Both the position numbers and the translations under genes were made by a program. 21,327 nucleotides of DNA from Ginkgo biloba (Eukaryota; Plantae; Ginkgophyta): NCBI GenBank assembly GCA_024626585.2, contig JANKJI020000004.1:156330197-156351523 (forward strand). Direction: 5' to 3'. Each line of letters opens with the position of its first letter. Positions within the stretch are counted from its first letter, which is position 1. Under the pieces are notes generated by a model, which was not told where the DNA came from, did not search any database, and saw nothing but the letters and a program-made list of their open reading frames with translations. This document shows positions 1 to 11,585 of the stretch, one piece after another.

Positions 1-1328
1 TTAACATTTATTTCAACCAGGTTAAAGGAAAGATTCCAACTAGGTTATGGCCTATTGATGAAATTTGTTTCTACTTTTATATGCAATATTTGGATGTGGA
101 GATGTGATATAATTTGAAATACAAGAACATAGATAATTTGATTGATTCAATGAGAATGGATCATATCATAAATAATAATCTTATTAAGTCAAGTAAGATA
201 AATCTACCCTCATCTGTTCCCATAAAAATACAAAGGGTAGATACGACCCAACTGTTCAAAGTTCTATAAACTTTGAGGTTGATTGAAAACCTTAGTAATG
301 GAATAAATTGTTTAAAGAGACAAGTAGGAGAAGGTTGAATTCCAATGTATCAACCAAATAAAAATTGGTTCGAAGGTTAGAATAAACATTCTCCTCTGAG
401 AGTATCTCTACCTCCCACTACTGTTGAATCACCATGTTATTATAAATTATGTCAACAGTATAATCCATAGATTTCCTACCCAAATTTTTTAAGATCTTAA
501 GAGTTGTCAATGTAATCAGTAGAAAGAACATAAGAAGCATGTCCTTCTAATGCTAATTCCAAGTTTTCTACAAGTTGGACTCAATCCAACATGGTTAACA
601 TGGAAGGAAAAAAAATCATAAGAGATTCTAAGAGAAATAATCATTTAGATTAAGAAAATGATATATTAACCTTAGGAAAAGAGTATCATACAGATCCATC
701 CTTCTATGTCAAGTCCTCATCCTTCCAACAATAATCCTCTTCCCCAAGAGAGGATAAACTAGCTTAGAATGATTTAGATCATCTCTTCTCTAGAATATAA
801 TGTGGTTAATGAATTGTCCAAATATCAGGATATCATGAGTATATTATATTCTCTCAAGGTTACCTGTTATATGGAAAATTTAAACAAAATGATTAGAGAA
901 AATTACAATACTCCAATTATGGTGCTTATGAGGAGCATGACACGACACCATCATTGCCATACAATATTCCTTTTTATGTATCTTTAAGGATACATAATAA
1001 CTCATTTAATAATTATATGATTGACATGGGACCTAATCATAATATTATTCCACATAATATTATGATGAGAATGGGACTATAATGCATGAGGTCTTTTGAA
1101 TAGGTCTTGGAAAATGGATTCTAGACTAGTCAAAATAGTTGGATAAATTAGGGATTTATGCATCTATATTAATTTATCCCCATAACTAAATGTTGTGATG
1201 AATGTACTAGTAGTAAATATCTTAGAATCATATGATATACTTCTTGGAAGATATTGGAATGATTCTCTTGGAATATTAATGAGTGTGGATGGGTCCTTCA
1301 TGATGATTCCCTATCAATATGAGTTGAT
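1..1328 (+). mobile_element. Degenerate Ty3/Gypsy (Tat-type) retrotransposon fragment, copy A: C-terminal gag plus aspartic protease
   Basis: Collinear with 2200-3495 (e.g. aaagattccaacta, actttgaggttgat, caagtaggagaa, gtccttctaatg, gggtcctt-atgatgattcc-tatcaa). Protease remnants are NNYMIDMGPNHNIIP (~1006-1050, decayed D-[ST]-G motif) and VLVVNILESYDILLGRYW (ORF 1195). Many stops. Ends at an N gap. Confidence 0.8.
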
Positions 1329-1475
1329 NNNNNNNNNNNNNNNNNNNNNNNNNNNNNNNNNNNNNNNNNNNNNNNNNNNNNNNNNNNNNNNNNNNNNNNN
1401 NNNNNNNNNNNNNNNNNNNNNNNNNNNNTGGTCAAACTCCTTTTCTTTACTGGTACACTAAATCCAAGTAATAGT

Positions 1476-1493
1476 TGGTGACCATACTAGGGA
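1476..1493 (+). promoter_or_regulatory. Decayed primer-binding site, tRNA-Arg type
   Basis: TGGTGACCATACTAGGGA matches TGGCGACTCCACTGGGGA (complement of the plant tRNA-Arg(ACG) 3' end, typical of Tat/Ogre elements) at 13/18. Two mismatches are CG/CHG deaminations. It lies just upstream of gag. Confidence 0.65.
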
Positions 1494-3659
1494 GAAAATG
1501 ATCAATGTGGTACATATTTGACTTATTAATCTTGTTGAAGGAAGGAAACCCTATACTAGGTTAAATAAATACAAAGGTATTTTAGAGCGATCTTTCCTAT
1601 CCCCAAAGTAAGAAGAATCTACATATTTTTATTTTCCCAAAATTCAAGTACTCCTCCTTGTGTTTCCCCCCAAAACTCTGATTTCTCTATCTTCTTCTTC
1701 TTTTTCTTCCCTGTCCTTTTATGGATCAAGGTCATTTACTTATATTACCTTAGAGTTATAAACTTCCTTATTTTAAAGTCATCCCACTCCACCACCTCCC
1801 ACCTAGAACCCACTTCATCAAACTCCTCTAATGCAAATGGAAACTCTATGTCTCAAAGTTAGACCTCTTAATTTGGGAGGTAATATTGATACCCTACCCA
1901 CTAGAGTAAAATATTATTTTCCTAAATTCAAGGGAGATAGTTTGATAACTCTAGAAGATCATTCAGCCTCTTTTCCAAAGGATTTTACCATATTAGCACT
2001 TAATATAGAGGATGATTTTATTAGGATATTTGTATAAATATTGGAAGATGAATCATTACTTTGGTTTAATTCATTATTAATGAATTCAATAAAAAATTGG
2101 TATGATTTAAGTACCTAATTCAATAAATAACCATATCTTGTTAACATACTTGACAATGATCTCCAAAGGGAAAGAAGTGTCATTTAACTTTAATTTTAGT
2201 TTTAGAAAAGTTAAAAGAAAGATTCCAACTATGTTAAGATCGACAAATAATATTTTTTTCTATTTTTAGATGTAATCAATAGACCCAGAGATGAGCTATA
2301 TACTTAAAGAAAAAGAAGTTGGAAATCTTTCTGACATGATGAATTGGACAAGGACTATAGAAAATAACATGGTAGAATTAGACAAGAAATTTGTTGTATC
2401 ATTAACACCTATAAAGGTAGAAAAGAGTATCCTGCTAATGAACCCCAAAATTCCTAAAACTTTGAGGTTGATCTAAAATATCTACAATGAGATCACCTCA
2501 TTGAAAATACAAGTAGGAGAAAATAGAAGACTAGTCTATTAACTAAATTAAAATTGATTCCAGCCTCAAGGTTAATAAGTTATGCCATGATCACCTTTGT
2601 CACCCACAAATATTGATCCTGGTTATTGCAAGTTTTGCTAAGAAGATCATACAAAAGAGAACTATCCTAAATTATTAAGATTTAATGAACTATTAATCTA
2701 GTCAGTTAAAAGAATAAAACCAGGTCCTTCTAATGTCCATTCTATTTCTATAGGTAGTTGGATTCAATCTAATTTGGTGAACCTTGAAAGAGGGAATGAA
2801 GATAAGGCACTAGGAGAAATGTTGGTCCAAACTAGAAGCAAGACTTATCAATCTTAAGAAAAAAATACTGCGCAAGTTGAAGCTTCTACCTACAAAGCCC
2901 ATATGGTCAAGACGAATCCTCCAATTTAACAAATATCATCCCAACTTATAAGAATTTATATTTCTTCTTCTTTGAATGAATATAACATATTCAATAATTT
3001 GGTTAAGTACCCTACTAGCATGACATTGTTAGATGCCTTTAAAGACTCCATCCTAGATGGAAAATCTAAAGAGAGCATTAACTAGCAATGTGATCACCCC
3101 AACAGTCATACTGATGATAAGTCTAATTCCATAGGTACCTCATAACCTTCCATTCTATATCTCTCTAAGGATACATGATTATGTACTGCATAATTATGTG
3201 ATATATACTAGAGTATCTCATAATATTATGAAGATATTGGGGCTTGAATGCACAAGGAATTTTAAATATTTTCTTATAATGTATTCAAGTCCAATAAAGA
3301 TGATTAGAAAAATTTATGATCTATGTATAAGCATCAATTCAACTCCCTAACTTATAGAAATGATGAATGTAATAGTTGTCAAGTTACCTAAGGATTATGC
3401 CATATTGCTAAGAAGAGACTAGACTTATTCATTAGGAGGAATCATGTGTATGGGTGGGTCCTTTATGATGATTCCTTATCAACATGAGATGATTTGGGAT
3501 GGGAAATAACTTAGGCACTGAGTTCACATTGAAGATGTTAAAAATGAAAAATTTGAGATTATTTCATGGATATGGGACCAAGTACTTATGTTATTTTGAC
3601 CACACTAGATCCAGAATAAAATCAAATGTACCAAGAAGGAGGAAATTATAAAAATGTTG

Positions 3660-4025
3660 GCATATGGACCATGCATTTCGATGGAACCAGATCAAGATCA
3701 AGAGCTAGTGTTGGGATCATTTTCAAAGATCATTTAGGTAGATTTTTTCCTTTTTGGTATCAAATAGAGTTCAATTATACCAATAATATAATAAAATATG
3801 AAGCCCTGGTGCTCAGATTAAGAAAAGACGAAGATCTCAGAATTAAGAAGCTAAGAATATATGGAGATTCTCAATTGATTATAAATCAAGTTTTTTAGTA
3901 TTGTACTACTAAGAATGAGTGACTTAATTAGTATAGGCACTGAGTGTGGGATCTCACAAAATGTTTTGATGTCTTCTCAATTAGTCTTGTTCCAAAAGAG
4001 AGGAATTAGTTTGTTGATCCACTCA
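3660..4025 (+). pseudogene. Additional (archaeal-type) RNase HI domain (aRH) of the Tat element, decayed
   Basis: WTMHFDG...VGIIF...TNNIIKYEAL...LRIYGDSQLIINQV (ORF 3626-3898) and later RN*FVDPL. These match the RNase HI-like motifs FDG / NNxAEYEAL / GDS / NxxAD, with the catalytic Glu changed to Lys. Confidence 0.9.
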
Positions 4026-4150
4026 TTGTCCCTGCTTTATTATTTTTCCCTCATTCACCACTATATCATGGGAAGTATATGGTGGAAGTGTTAACAAGAA
4101 ATTATATCCTTAATAAGGTAGAATACTGGAAATTATTTGAAGATTTCATA

Positions 4151-4237
4151 AATTTGGCTAAAAGTAATTTTTTTAAAAGCAAAATTTTGAAAATTTGGCT
4201 ACAAAGTAATTTTTTTCTAAAAAATTGGCTTCAAATG
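4151..4237. repeat. Short imperfect tandem repeat (~40-bp unit aaatttggcta(c)aaagtaattttttt, about 2.5 copies)
   Basis: Copies start at ~4151, ~4192 and a partial one at ~4223, immediately after the Gypsy similarity ends. Confidence 0.7.
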
Positions 4238-4326
4238 CTTAATTTTAGTGGAAAAAAAAAGAAGTTTTTTGCCTAATATTTGATCATGACTATAAACAAT
4301 CAATATGCTATTGCCTAATATAGCAT

Positions 4327-4356
4327 ATCTATCCATCTATCTATCTATCTATCTAT
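4327..4356. repeat. (ATCT)n microsatellite
   Basis: atctatccatctatctatctatctatctat seen directly. Confidence 0.85.
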
Positions 4357-4496
4357 TACTATATAAATATTATTCATATATACATCACTTAAGATTNNNN
4401 NNNNNNNNNNNNNNNNNNNNNNNNNNNNNNNNNNNNNNNNNNNNNNNNNNNNNNNNNNNNNNNNNNNNNNNNNNNNNNNNNNNNNNNNNNNNNNNN

Positions 4497-7400
4497 GGAC
4501 AAACCTTTTCTATGATCACTTCTTTGCCATCTAAGAAACTGCCTAATCCATTTCTAAGAGTACTAAAGAGCCTTGAAAAAAATAGTTCTTGAGGGTTTTA
4601 ACCTTACCATGATTGTGAGAAGTTGGTCCTTAGATGACCTTTACCAATATTGAATACCTAATAGACGCAAATGGGAGATTCTAAAATCAAGAAGGATTTG
4701 CCCCTTTACAATTCCTTATAATCGACTTGGCTGTGAGGGCAATAACTTGAGCTCTAATATTAGGAACACCCAACCTACCCTTGTCTTTCTCCCTACAACA
4801 AAGAAACCATTTAACGTTTGGAATACCCTTGGTCTCAAAAGTATTAGTCCAGAGAAAATTACGAATAAGGGTGCTTATTGCTTTGTAAGTAGAGTTCATT
4901 CGAAGAAGCAAGGCAAAAAAAAAATGCATATATAGGGGAGAGAATTTTGGACACTACTTGGAGCCAACTTGCTAGAGACAATTTTTTAATAGTTCAATAA
5001 GCTAACTTTTTCCTAACACTTTCCAATATGAAATTTCACATTTGTTTGACATTCACCCTGAAGCCAAATGAGATCCCTATAAATATGAATATCTCCCTAT
5101 TTTTCATCATCTTCCAACCATAATGAATAATCCACTAAGGATTATCCCTTATTCCACGATAATAACAAAGACATTTTTTTAGCCTAATTGAGGACCCTGA
5201 AGCACTATAGAAAATTCCAATTTGATTTAAAACACAAATGAGTTTAGTTTTGGAATCTTAGACCAGGGCATATATGTTGTCTATAAATTGACTATAAACA
5301 ACTTATTTTTAAGTTATTAGAAGAGCAATTCCCTCAAGGTTTGAATGACATTGTGCATCTTGGAATAAGTAGACTAGAGCATCAGTTCATAAGGCATAGA
5401 GGAGAGGACCTAAAATACACCCCTAATAGATTGACCTTTGCAAACTAATATGCTTTGATAGGACCCCATTGATAACCACCTGAGTAGAAGCATTAGAAAA
5501 TAGGGTTTGAACTATCCTGTAGAAAATTGTCCCAAATCCCAACCTTTGCAATATTGTTAAGATGAGATCCCACTAAATTTTATCATACACTTTTTCAAAG
5601 TCATTTTTGAGAAAAAGAACGGTCTGGATAAACTCCATAATCCATTCCATGCCTTCATTTAGTACTAATATATTATCCAAAATGAAACACGCTTTAATGG
5701 AGCTTGTTTATTCCTCTCTAATAATCTTCTTGAGAGAGTCTCCAATCCTAAGAGACAAGATCTTAGATAGGATTTTGTAAGAGATATTAAGTAGGTTAAT
5801 TTGTCTCCATCCCCTAGTAGACTCAACATCTCCACCCTACTTAGGAATAAGCTTGATTATGCTTGCATTAATTCTTCAACCTAAAGTTGCATTACTAATA
5901 ACCTCCTTACACATCAATAGAATATTGTGGATTATATGATCCCCAAAATTCTTATAAAATTCTAACAGAAGTCCATCACTGCGAAAGGATTTGTCATTTT
6001 CAACTCACTAGAGGGATTCCTTTAACTCAAATAGAGTAATGAGAAAATTAAACAACTTTGAGTTAGTGTCTAACACTTTTCTAGGCACAACTCTTAAACA
6101 TTTCTGAATTGCTTTCTCCTTGCTGGCCTCATCTGCATGGAAAGAAAAAATATTAGTAAAGTAGNNNNNNNNNNNNNNNNNNNNNNNNNNNNNNNNNNNN
6201 NNNNNNNNNNNNNNNNNNNNNNNNNNNNNNNNNNNNNNNNNNNNNNNNNNNNNNNNNNNNNNNNNNNNNNNNNNNNNNAGGATGAATCATCGCTTTGATC
6301 GAATGTATACAAGATCTAATTTGAGCATCCTGGGTATAAAACAATTTCAACTTATATTTTTTTCATAGAGCAATAAATTTCATCTTTTGAAGAGATTCAT
6401 CATAAGGGTTATACATGAGCATCTGTTAAAACCTCCCAAGGGTGTCAGTAAGCATTTTGGACTTGTCTCTTCTTGTAGAGGCCACATTCTTGCCATAGCC
6501 TCTAATCTAATTCACAATCCTAGTAATTGTTGCTTCCCACTATAATGCCCCTACAACATCTTCTCTAGGTCTTGGAACCAAATTCTAAACTTTATGAACC
6601 CCTACATAAAACTCTTTATCTTTGAGATGAGTAAAATTTAGCTTGAAAATTAAATTCTTCAAAGGCTCCTAAGAGGACCCCAAGTAAGTGGAGATCAAAG
6701 TTGGATAGTGACTAGAAAGTGTTACCATTATATGTTTTAAAAAATTTAGGAGGACAATTAAGCATACCATCATTTGACCAATAGTACCTTTCAAGCATGG
6801 CTCAAATTTCATTTGAACTAGACCTTTTATTGCACTAAATGAAATCAAAATCACCATTAGGAACCACTTCTACAAGGCCACAACTTTATTTCATGTGCCT
6901 CTAGGTTTGCAACTCTATAGTCATGATTAGTTGCCTAGCCTCAACTAAATGGTTGTTATTCTCCTCCACCATGTTAAAATTNNNNNNNNNNCAATAATAA
7001 TTCTCGACGCTGAAGGAAAAGCACTTGACATTGATTGCCACAACTCGATTCTTTCAAATCCATCATTGGGCGCATATACACTAGTAACCCCCTACATCTT
7101 TTTATTGATTTTAATAACTGCCAAAATAACCCTGTTGTTAGGATACATACCCTACTCCTTGAAAAAATATTTAATACAACTAGTGTAAGCTAGAACAACA
7201 CCCTCCGATCCTTNNNNNNNNNNNNNNNNNNNNNNNNNNNNNNNNNNNNNNNNNNNNNNNNNNNNNNNNNNNNNNNNNNNNNNNNNNNNNNNNNNNNNNN
7301 NNNNNNNNNNNNNCAAGTATGGGACTGCATGCATAATTCAAACATAGAGTTTCTATTTTTTTATTGAAACAAACTAAGTAAAGTAAGAATTTGTAGTTAA

Positions 7401-8403
7401 TGACATTGGGAGATTTTGACTCACCCACTAAGATATATATCAACACTAGTAACAACAAGATTGTTACTTATCTTTTTAATGGTTGGGGTAGGCTCCATAG
7501 AAGTCTAAATCTTCTTAGCTTTTTTAGAAGGCTTAAACACTTTGGAATTAGAGGCAACATTTGTAGAAGGGTTTTGACTCTGAGTTGTCGGGGCAACTTG
7601 ATCCTTTTTTTCATCCTCTCTCTTATTGGGATTAACCCTAACTGCAGGTCTTGGAATTGGATAATCCTTCACAAAGTGATCTATCCTACGACAATGAAAA
7701 CGAGCTAATAATTAATTATAATAACTAATTTTTTGGAATTGAGTGGCCATGCCATCCAAAATGCAGATCTCATCCACTAAGGGCTTAGTTGGATCAACTT
7801 CCACATAAACCTTAAGGGTTGGCCATGCACTAAACTACAAATTAGCAGCATCATAAATCTTCTTATAGGACCACAATTTCTTTCACTAAGTCCCACAAAT
7901 GGAAAGGTAACCCAAGGAATTAAACCTCCCATCTTTTGACAATTAACATGGACCCCAATATGGCTAGGGATCGCTAATCAACACTCTATCTACAACATCT
8001 CTCAAGGATAGCACAAAGCACATCCATTCGTCCTAAAACCTTATGGACAGAACTGTGTTTTTTCAATGCTATAAAAAATAACTTTTTGAGTCTTGCCTCG
8101 GCAGGACAAGACCTAAAAAATGGCCTATAATAATAAAAGTGGCAGTAGATTTTTCAACAAAAAGGACCATCTTTATTTAAGAAAATATTAGCTAACAAAC
8201 TTGTTATAGGAGAAACCCCAATCAACTTTATTGATGTGTTTAACAATGACAATGGCAATTCCATTAACCTCCTGAAGATAGATAGGTGGGAAACCTTGAG
8301 TTGAAAATATCAACCCCCTAGTGATAACCATAGGTGCGCAGAGAGAAGAGAGCTTGAAATGGTCCTAGCAGTGATAAATGTTATTGTTTACTTTTGTCTA
8401 GGC
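4497..8403 (-). mobile_element. Degenerate L1-clade LINE (ORF1 plus ORF2 endonuclease-RT), interrupted by gaps
   Basis: Minus-strand motifs in the correct order. ORF1: PWVTFP (~7900) and KVYVEVDPTKPLVDEI (~7767-7815). Endonuclease end: SSHYP for SDHxP (~6702-6716), then FKLN. ORF2 RT region: KSFRSDGLLLEFYKNF for KSPGPDG (~5945-5995), WRQINLLNISYKILSK (~5760-5810), FLKNDFEKVYD (~5583-5615), RSIY*GCILGPLLY for RQGCPLSP (~5395-5438), QFIDN for QFADD (~5276-5290), and RNFLW...VKWFLCCREKDKGRLG (ORF 4687-4929). Outer boundaries are set by gaps. Confidence 0.9.
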
Positions 8404-9326
8404 NNNNNNNNNNNNNNNNNNNNNNNNNNNNNNNNNNNNNNNNNNNNNNNNNNNNNNNNNNNNNNNNNNNNNNNNNNNNNNNNNNNNNNNNNNNNNNNNN
8501 NNNNNNNNNNNNNNNNNNNNNNNNNNNNNNNNNNNNNNNNNNNNNNNNNNNNNNNNNNNNNNNNNNNNNNNNNNNNNNNNNNNNNNNNNNNNNNNNNNNN
8601 NNNNNNNNNNNNNNNNNNNNNNNNNNNNNNNNNNNNNNNNNNNNNNNNNNNNNNNNNNNNNNNNNNNNNNNNNNNNNNNNNNNNNNNNNNNNNNNNNNNN
8701 NNNNNNNNNNNNNNNNNNNNNNNNNNNNNNNNNNNNNNNNNNNNNNNNNNNNNNNNNNNNNNNNNNNNNNNNNNNNNNNNNNNNNNNNNNNNNNNNNNNN
8801 NNNNNNNNNNNNNNNNNNNNNNNNNNNNNNNNNNNNNNNNNNNNNNNNNNNNNNNNNNNNNNNNNNNNNNNNNNNNNNNNNNNNNNNNNNNNNNNNNNNN
8901 NNNNNNNNNNNNNNNNNNNNNNNNNNNNNNNNNNNNNNNNNNNNNNNNNNNNNNNNNNNNNNNNNNNNNNNNNNNNNNNNNNNNNNNNNNNNNNNNNNNN
9001 NNNNNNNNNNNNNNNNNNNNNNNNNNNNNNNNNNNNNNNNNNNNNNNNNNNNNNNNNNNNNNNNNNNNNNNNNNNNNNNNNNNNNNNNNNNNNNNNNNNN
9101 NNNNNNNNNNNNNNNNNNNNNNNNNNNNNNNNNNNNNNNNNNNNNNNNNNNNNNNNNNNNNNNNNNNNNNNNNNNNNNNNNNNNNNNNNNNNNNNNNNNN
9201 NNNNNNNNNNNNNNNNNNNNNNNNNNNNNNNNNNNNNNNNNNNNNNNNNNNNNNNNNNNNNNNNNNNNNNNNNNNNNNNNNNNNNNNNNNNNNNNNNNNN
9301 NNNNNNNNNNNNNNNNNNNNNNNNNN
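8404..9326. other. Assembly gap (largest of 12 N runs)
   Basis: Other gaps: 1329-1428, 4397-4496, 6165-6278, 6982-6991, 7214-7313, 9590-9599, 11346-11468, 13306-13972, 16589-16688, 18828-18927, 20171-20270. The 100-N runs are probably placeholders of unknown size. Confidence 0.98.
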
Positions 9327-11496
9327 ATCAAATGGAATACTAGTAAAACCTTTAAAGCATCAAGCATATATTGCAAATACTCTTTAAGTGGATTATCAAA
9401 TCCGAACCCTATATATATATTCAAGTATAATACACAAAAATCAAAACATAAATAAGATTAAACATTTTTTAAATATCAAATGGAATGCTAAATACCAAGG
9501 ATGAAATATTAATTATTATATGCAATTGTTTAAATACCTTTTATGATGGCAATTTTAGAACATAAACATGCAACCATGGGACCAAAATTNNNNNNNNNNA
9601 AGCCTATCAGGAAAATAAAAGAAAAGAAAGAAAAAGGACTAACATGAATCAAGGAGGGTGAAGAGCAAGGAGTGAAACACATTCATTTTTTAAAGTGAAA
9701 GATAAGTAGAGAGTTGCATTACTTTCCCTCCATCTCTTTTAGAGAAGAGCATCATCACTCCTATTTTAATGGAAATTACCTACACCTTCACTAGCCTCCG
9801 CTACCCATAATCAATTGCATAAACTAGAAATAGAGAGTTGGTTACACTAAGAAAATGCTTGTTATTGGAAATGGATGCTTGCACCTCAATGTTAAAGCCA
9901 TGAGATTTAAGCTAATTTATAATGCATTCTAGATTCTTATATGTGCATGAATTGACTACATCTTGGATGAAACTCGCTATGAAGGAGAATTCTTTGCTTA
10001 ACAACTCTCTCACCATTATTTGGGCCTTTGTGAACTACAGGAAGTTTTTGAACCAACAAGAAGGTAATGTAGGCTATACATAATTTCTACAATGCGCAAG
10101 TAAACAAAAGTGGACACCTTATTACTCTACGACCTTATGAGCTTTGATCATGCATCTCCACATATGCGTTACTACTCCAACAAATGTAACTATAAGGCCT
10201 TTTTTCATTTTGTAGAACTTGGGCTTTCAATGTCTGAATCTTCTTGCGGCTCAGATGAAAGTTTTTGCATGTCAGTTTGGCACATGAATTCAACATGAAT
10301 GTAGTCTTCCTCATCTCTCAATATATAATGTATAAGAAACAATTAGAAATGGTTTAAAAAATAACTATTTTAAAATGGTTTTAAAATAGACTTATCATTA
10401 CACCTTCCTATACTTTCGACAAAGAAATAGACAAAAATTACAAAATCCATTCTAAAGTCCTTGCTTCTATTAGGGAGGAAAATACAAGATCTTTGTATAA
10501 GTTGTAAGACAAATCTAAACATAAAACCATATGCCCATGCTACACCATGGTGTAGGATTGTATAAAAGTTGAGGATGGGTAAAGGGAATTTAGAAAAAAA
10601 AAGTATGAATGACATTGTGCTTACATGTAAGGTATAAGTGGCCAAAATGAAATTAATCCAATATATCAGCCCTTATAATGTGGAGGCAACAAATGGAAAA
10701 CAATTATCATCATAAGAAGACATTATCCTTTATCGAATGGGAAAAAAAAAGCATTTTATTCTATCCAAATTGTGGACACCCATCATAAGAGAGTCTAAAG
10801 AGAGAATTACAAATATAAAGAACCATATAAAGAACAAAAAATACACAAACATAAAACTAGTGAAGGAAAATAATATAGATGCATTAAGAATTAGGTTTTA
10901 GAGTATGAATAAGAAAGTTTGTAAACTGGATAAAAAAACCTATTACTGTATTTTATTTTAGTTTCTTTTAAAGTCTCTCCCGGTAAAACTATCAATTCTA
11001 TAACAAGTGTTAAATGTAGCCACACCATTATTATATGTAAAACATATTATATTATGATGTTATTTTGTAATATGTTTCCAATTGTTTGAAGAATGTGGTC
11101 GATATTTGTTTTAATTTCTTACACATTATTTAACTTTAAATAAGTTTTTACTATAAGAACCTATATGAATAACTGAAACATAAAAATAAGAACATAATAA
11201 TTCTTACATATACCATAAAATAATAGTATGTCCTATATGGGACATAAAAAATAAGTAATGAATGTGGAGGTATATTTTTTTATTATATATTTTATCATAT
11301 ATTATATTAATTATTATTCTTCCATTTTATTAAATTTTGAAAGAANNNNNNNNNNNNNNNNNNNNNNNNNNNNNNNNNNNNNNNNNNNNNNNNNNNNNNN
11401 NNNNNNNNNNNNNNNNNNNNNNNNNNNNNNNNNNNNNNNNNNNNNNNNNNNNNNNNNNNNNNNNNNNNTTCCCCTTCAGCATGAAGGAAGCTCTAA

Positions 11497-11585
11497 CTAG
11501 TTGAGGTAAATCCCCCCTGAGAGTAACTTTTCGATTGCAGCATTCTTTTCATTAACATTCTCAAATTTGATTCTCCTTCCGTGTC
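11497..11585 (-). CDS. MBL gene terminal coding exon (GHGRR...YLN*), 89 nt
   Basis: Acceptor tgtgcag. Completes PGHG across the junction. TAG stop at 11499-11497. Confidence 0.9.

Larger units (their letters stand above)
1429..4145 (+). mobile_element. Degenerate Ty3/Gypsy Tat-type LTR retrotransposon, copy B (LTR tip, PBS, gag, zinc knuckle, protease, aRH), 3'-truncated
   Basis: PBS at 1476-1493. Gag core PLNLGGNIDTLPTRVKYYFPKFKGDSLITLEDH...IRIFV*ILEDESLLWFNSL (1831-2100). YCKFC*EDH knuckle at ~2624-2650. Protease HNYVIYTRVSHNIM (3189-3230) with DYAILLRRD near 3393-3420. RNase H at 3660-4025. YWKLFED at ~4123-4145, after which similarity stops. Confidence 0.85.

Noticed and set aside
3626-3898. 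RNase H as a host gene or as the LINE's C-terminal RNase H
   Set aside because: It is on the opposite strand to the LINE, collinear with gag-protease, and has stops and a lost catalytic Glu.
8359-9455. Long ORFs of 342-353 aa (and similarly those at 13004-14028)
   Set aside because: They consist almost entirely of N-gap X residues and are artefacts.
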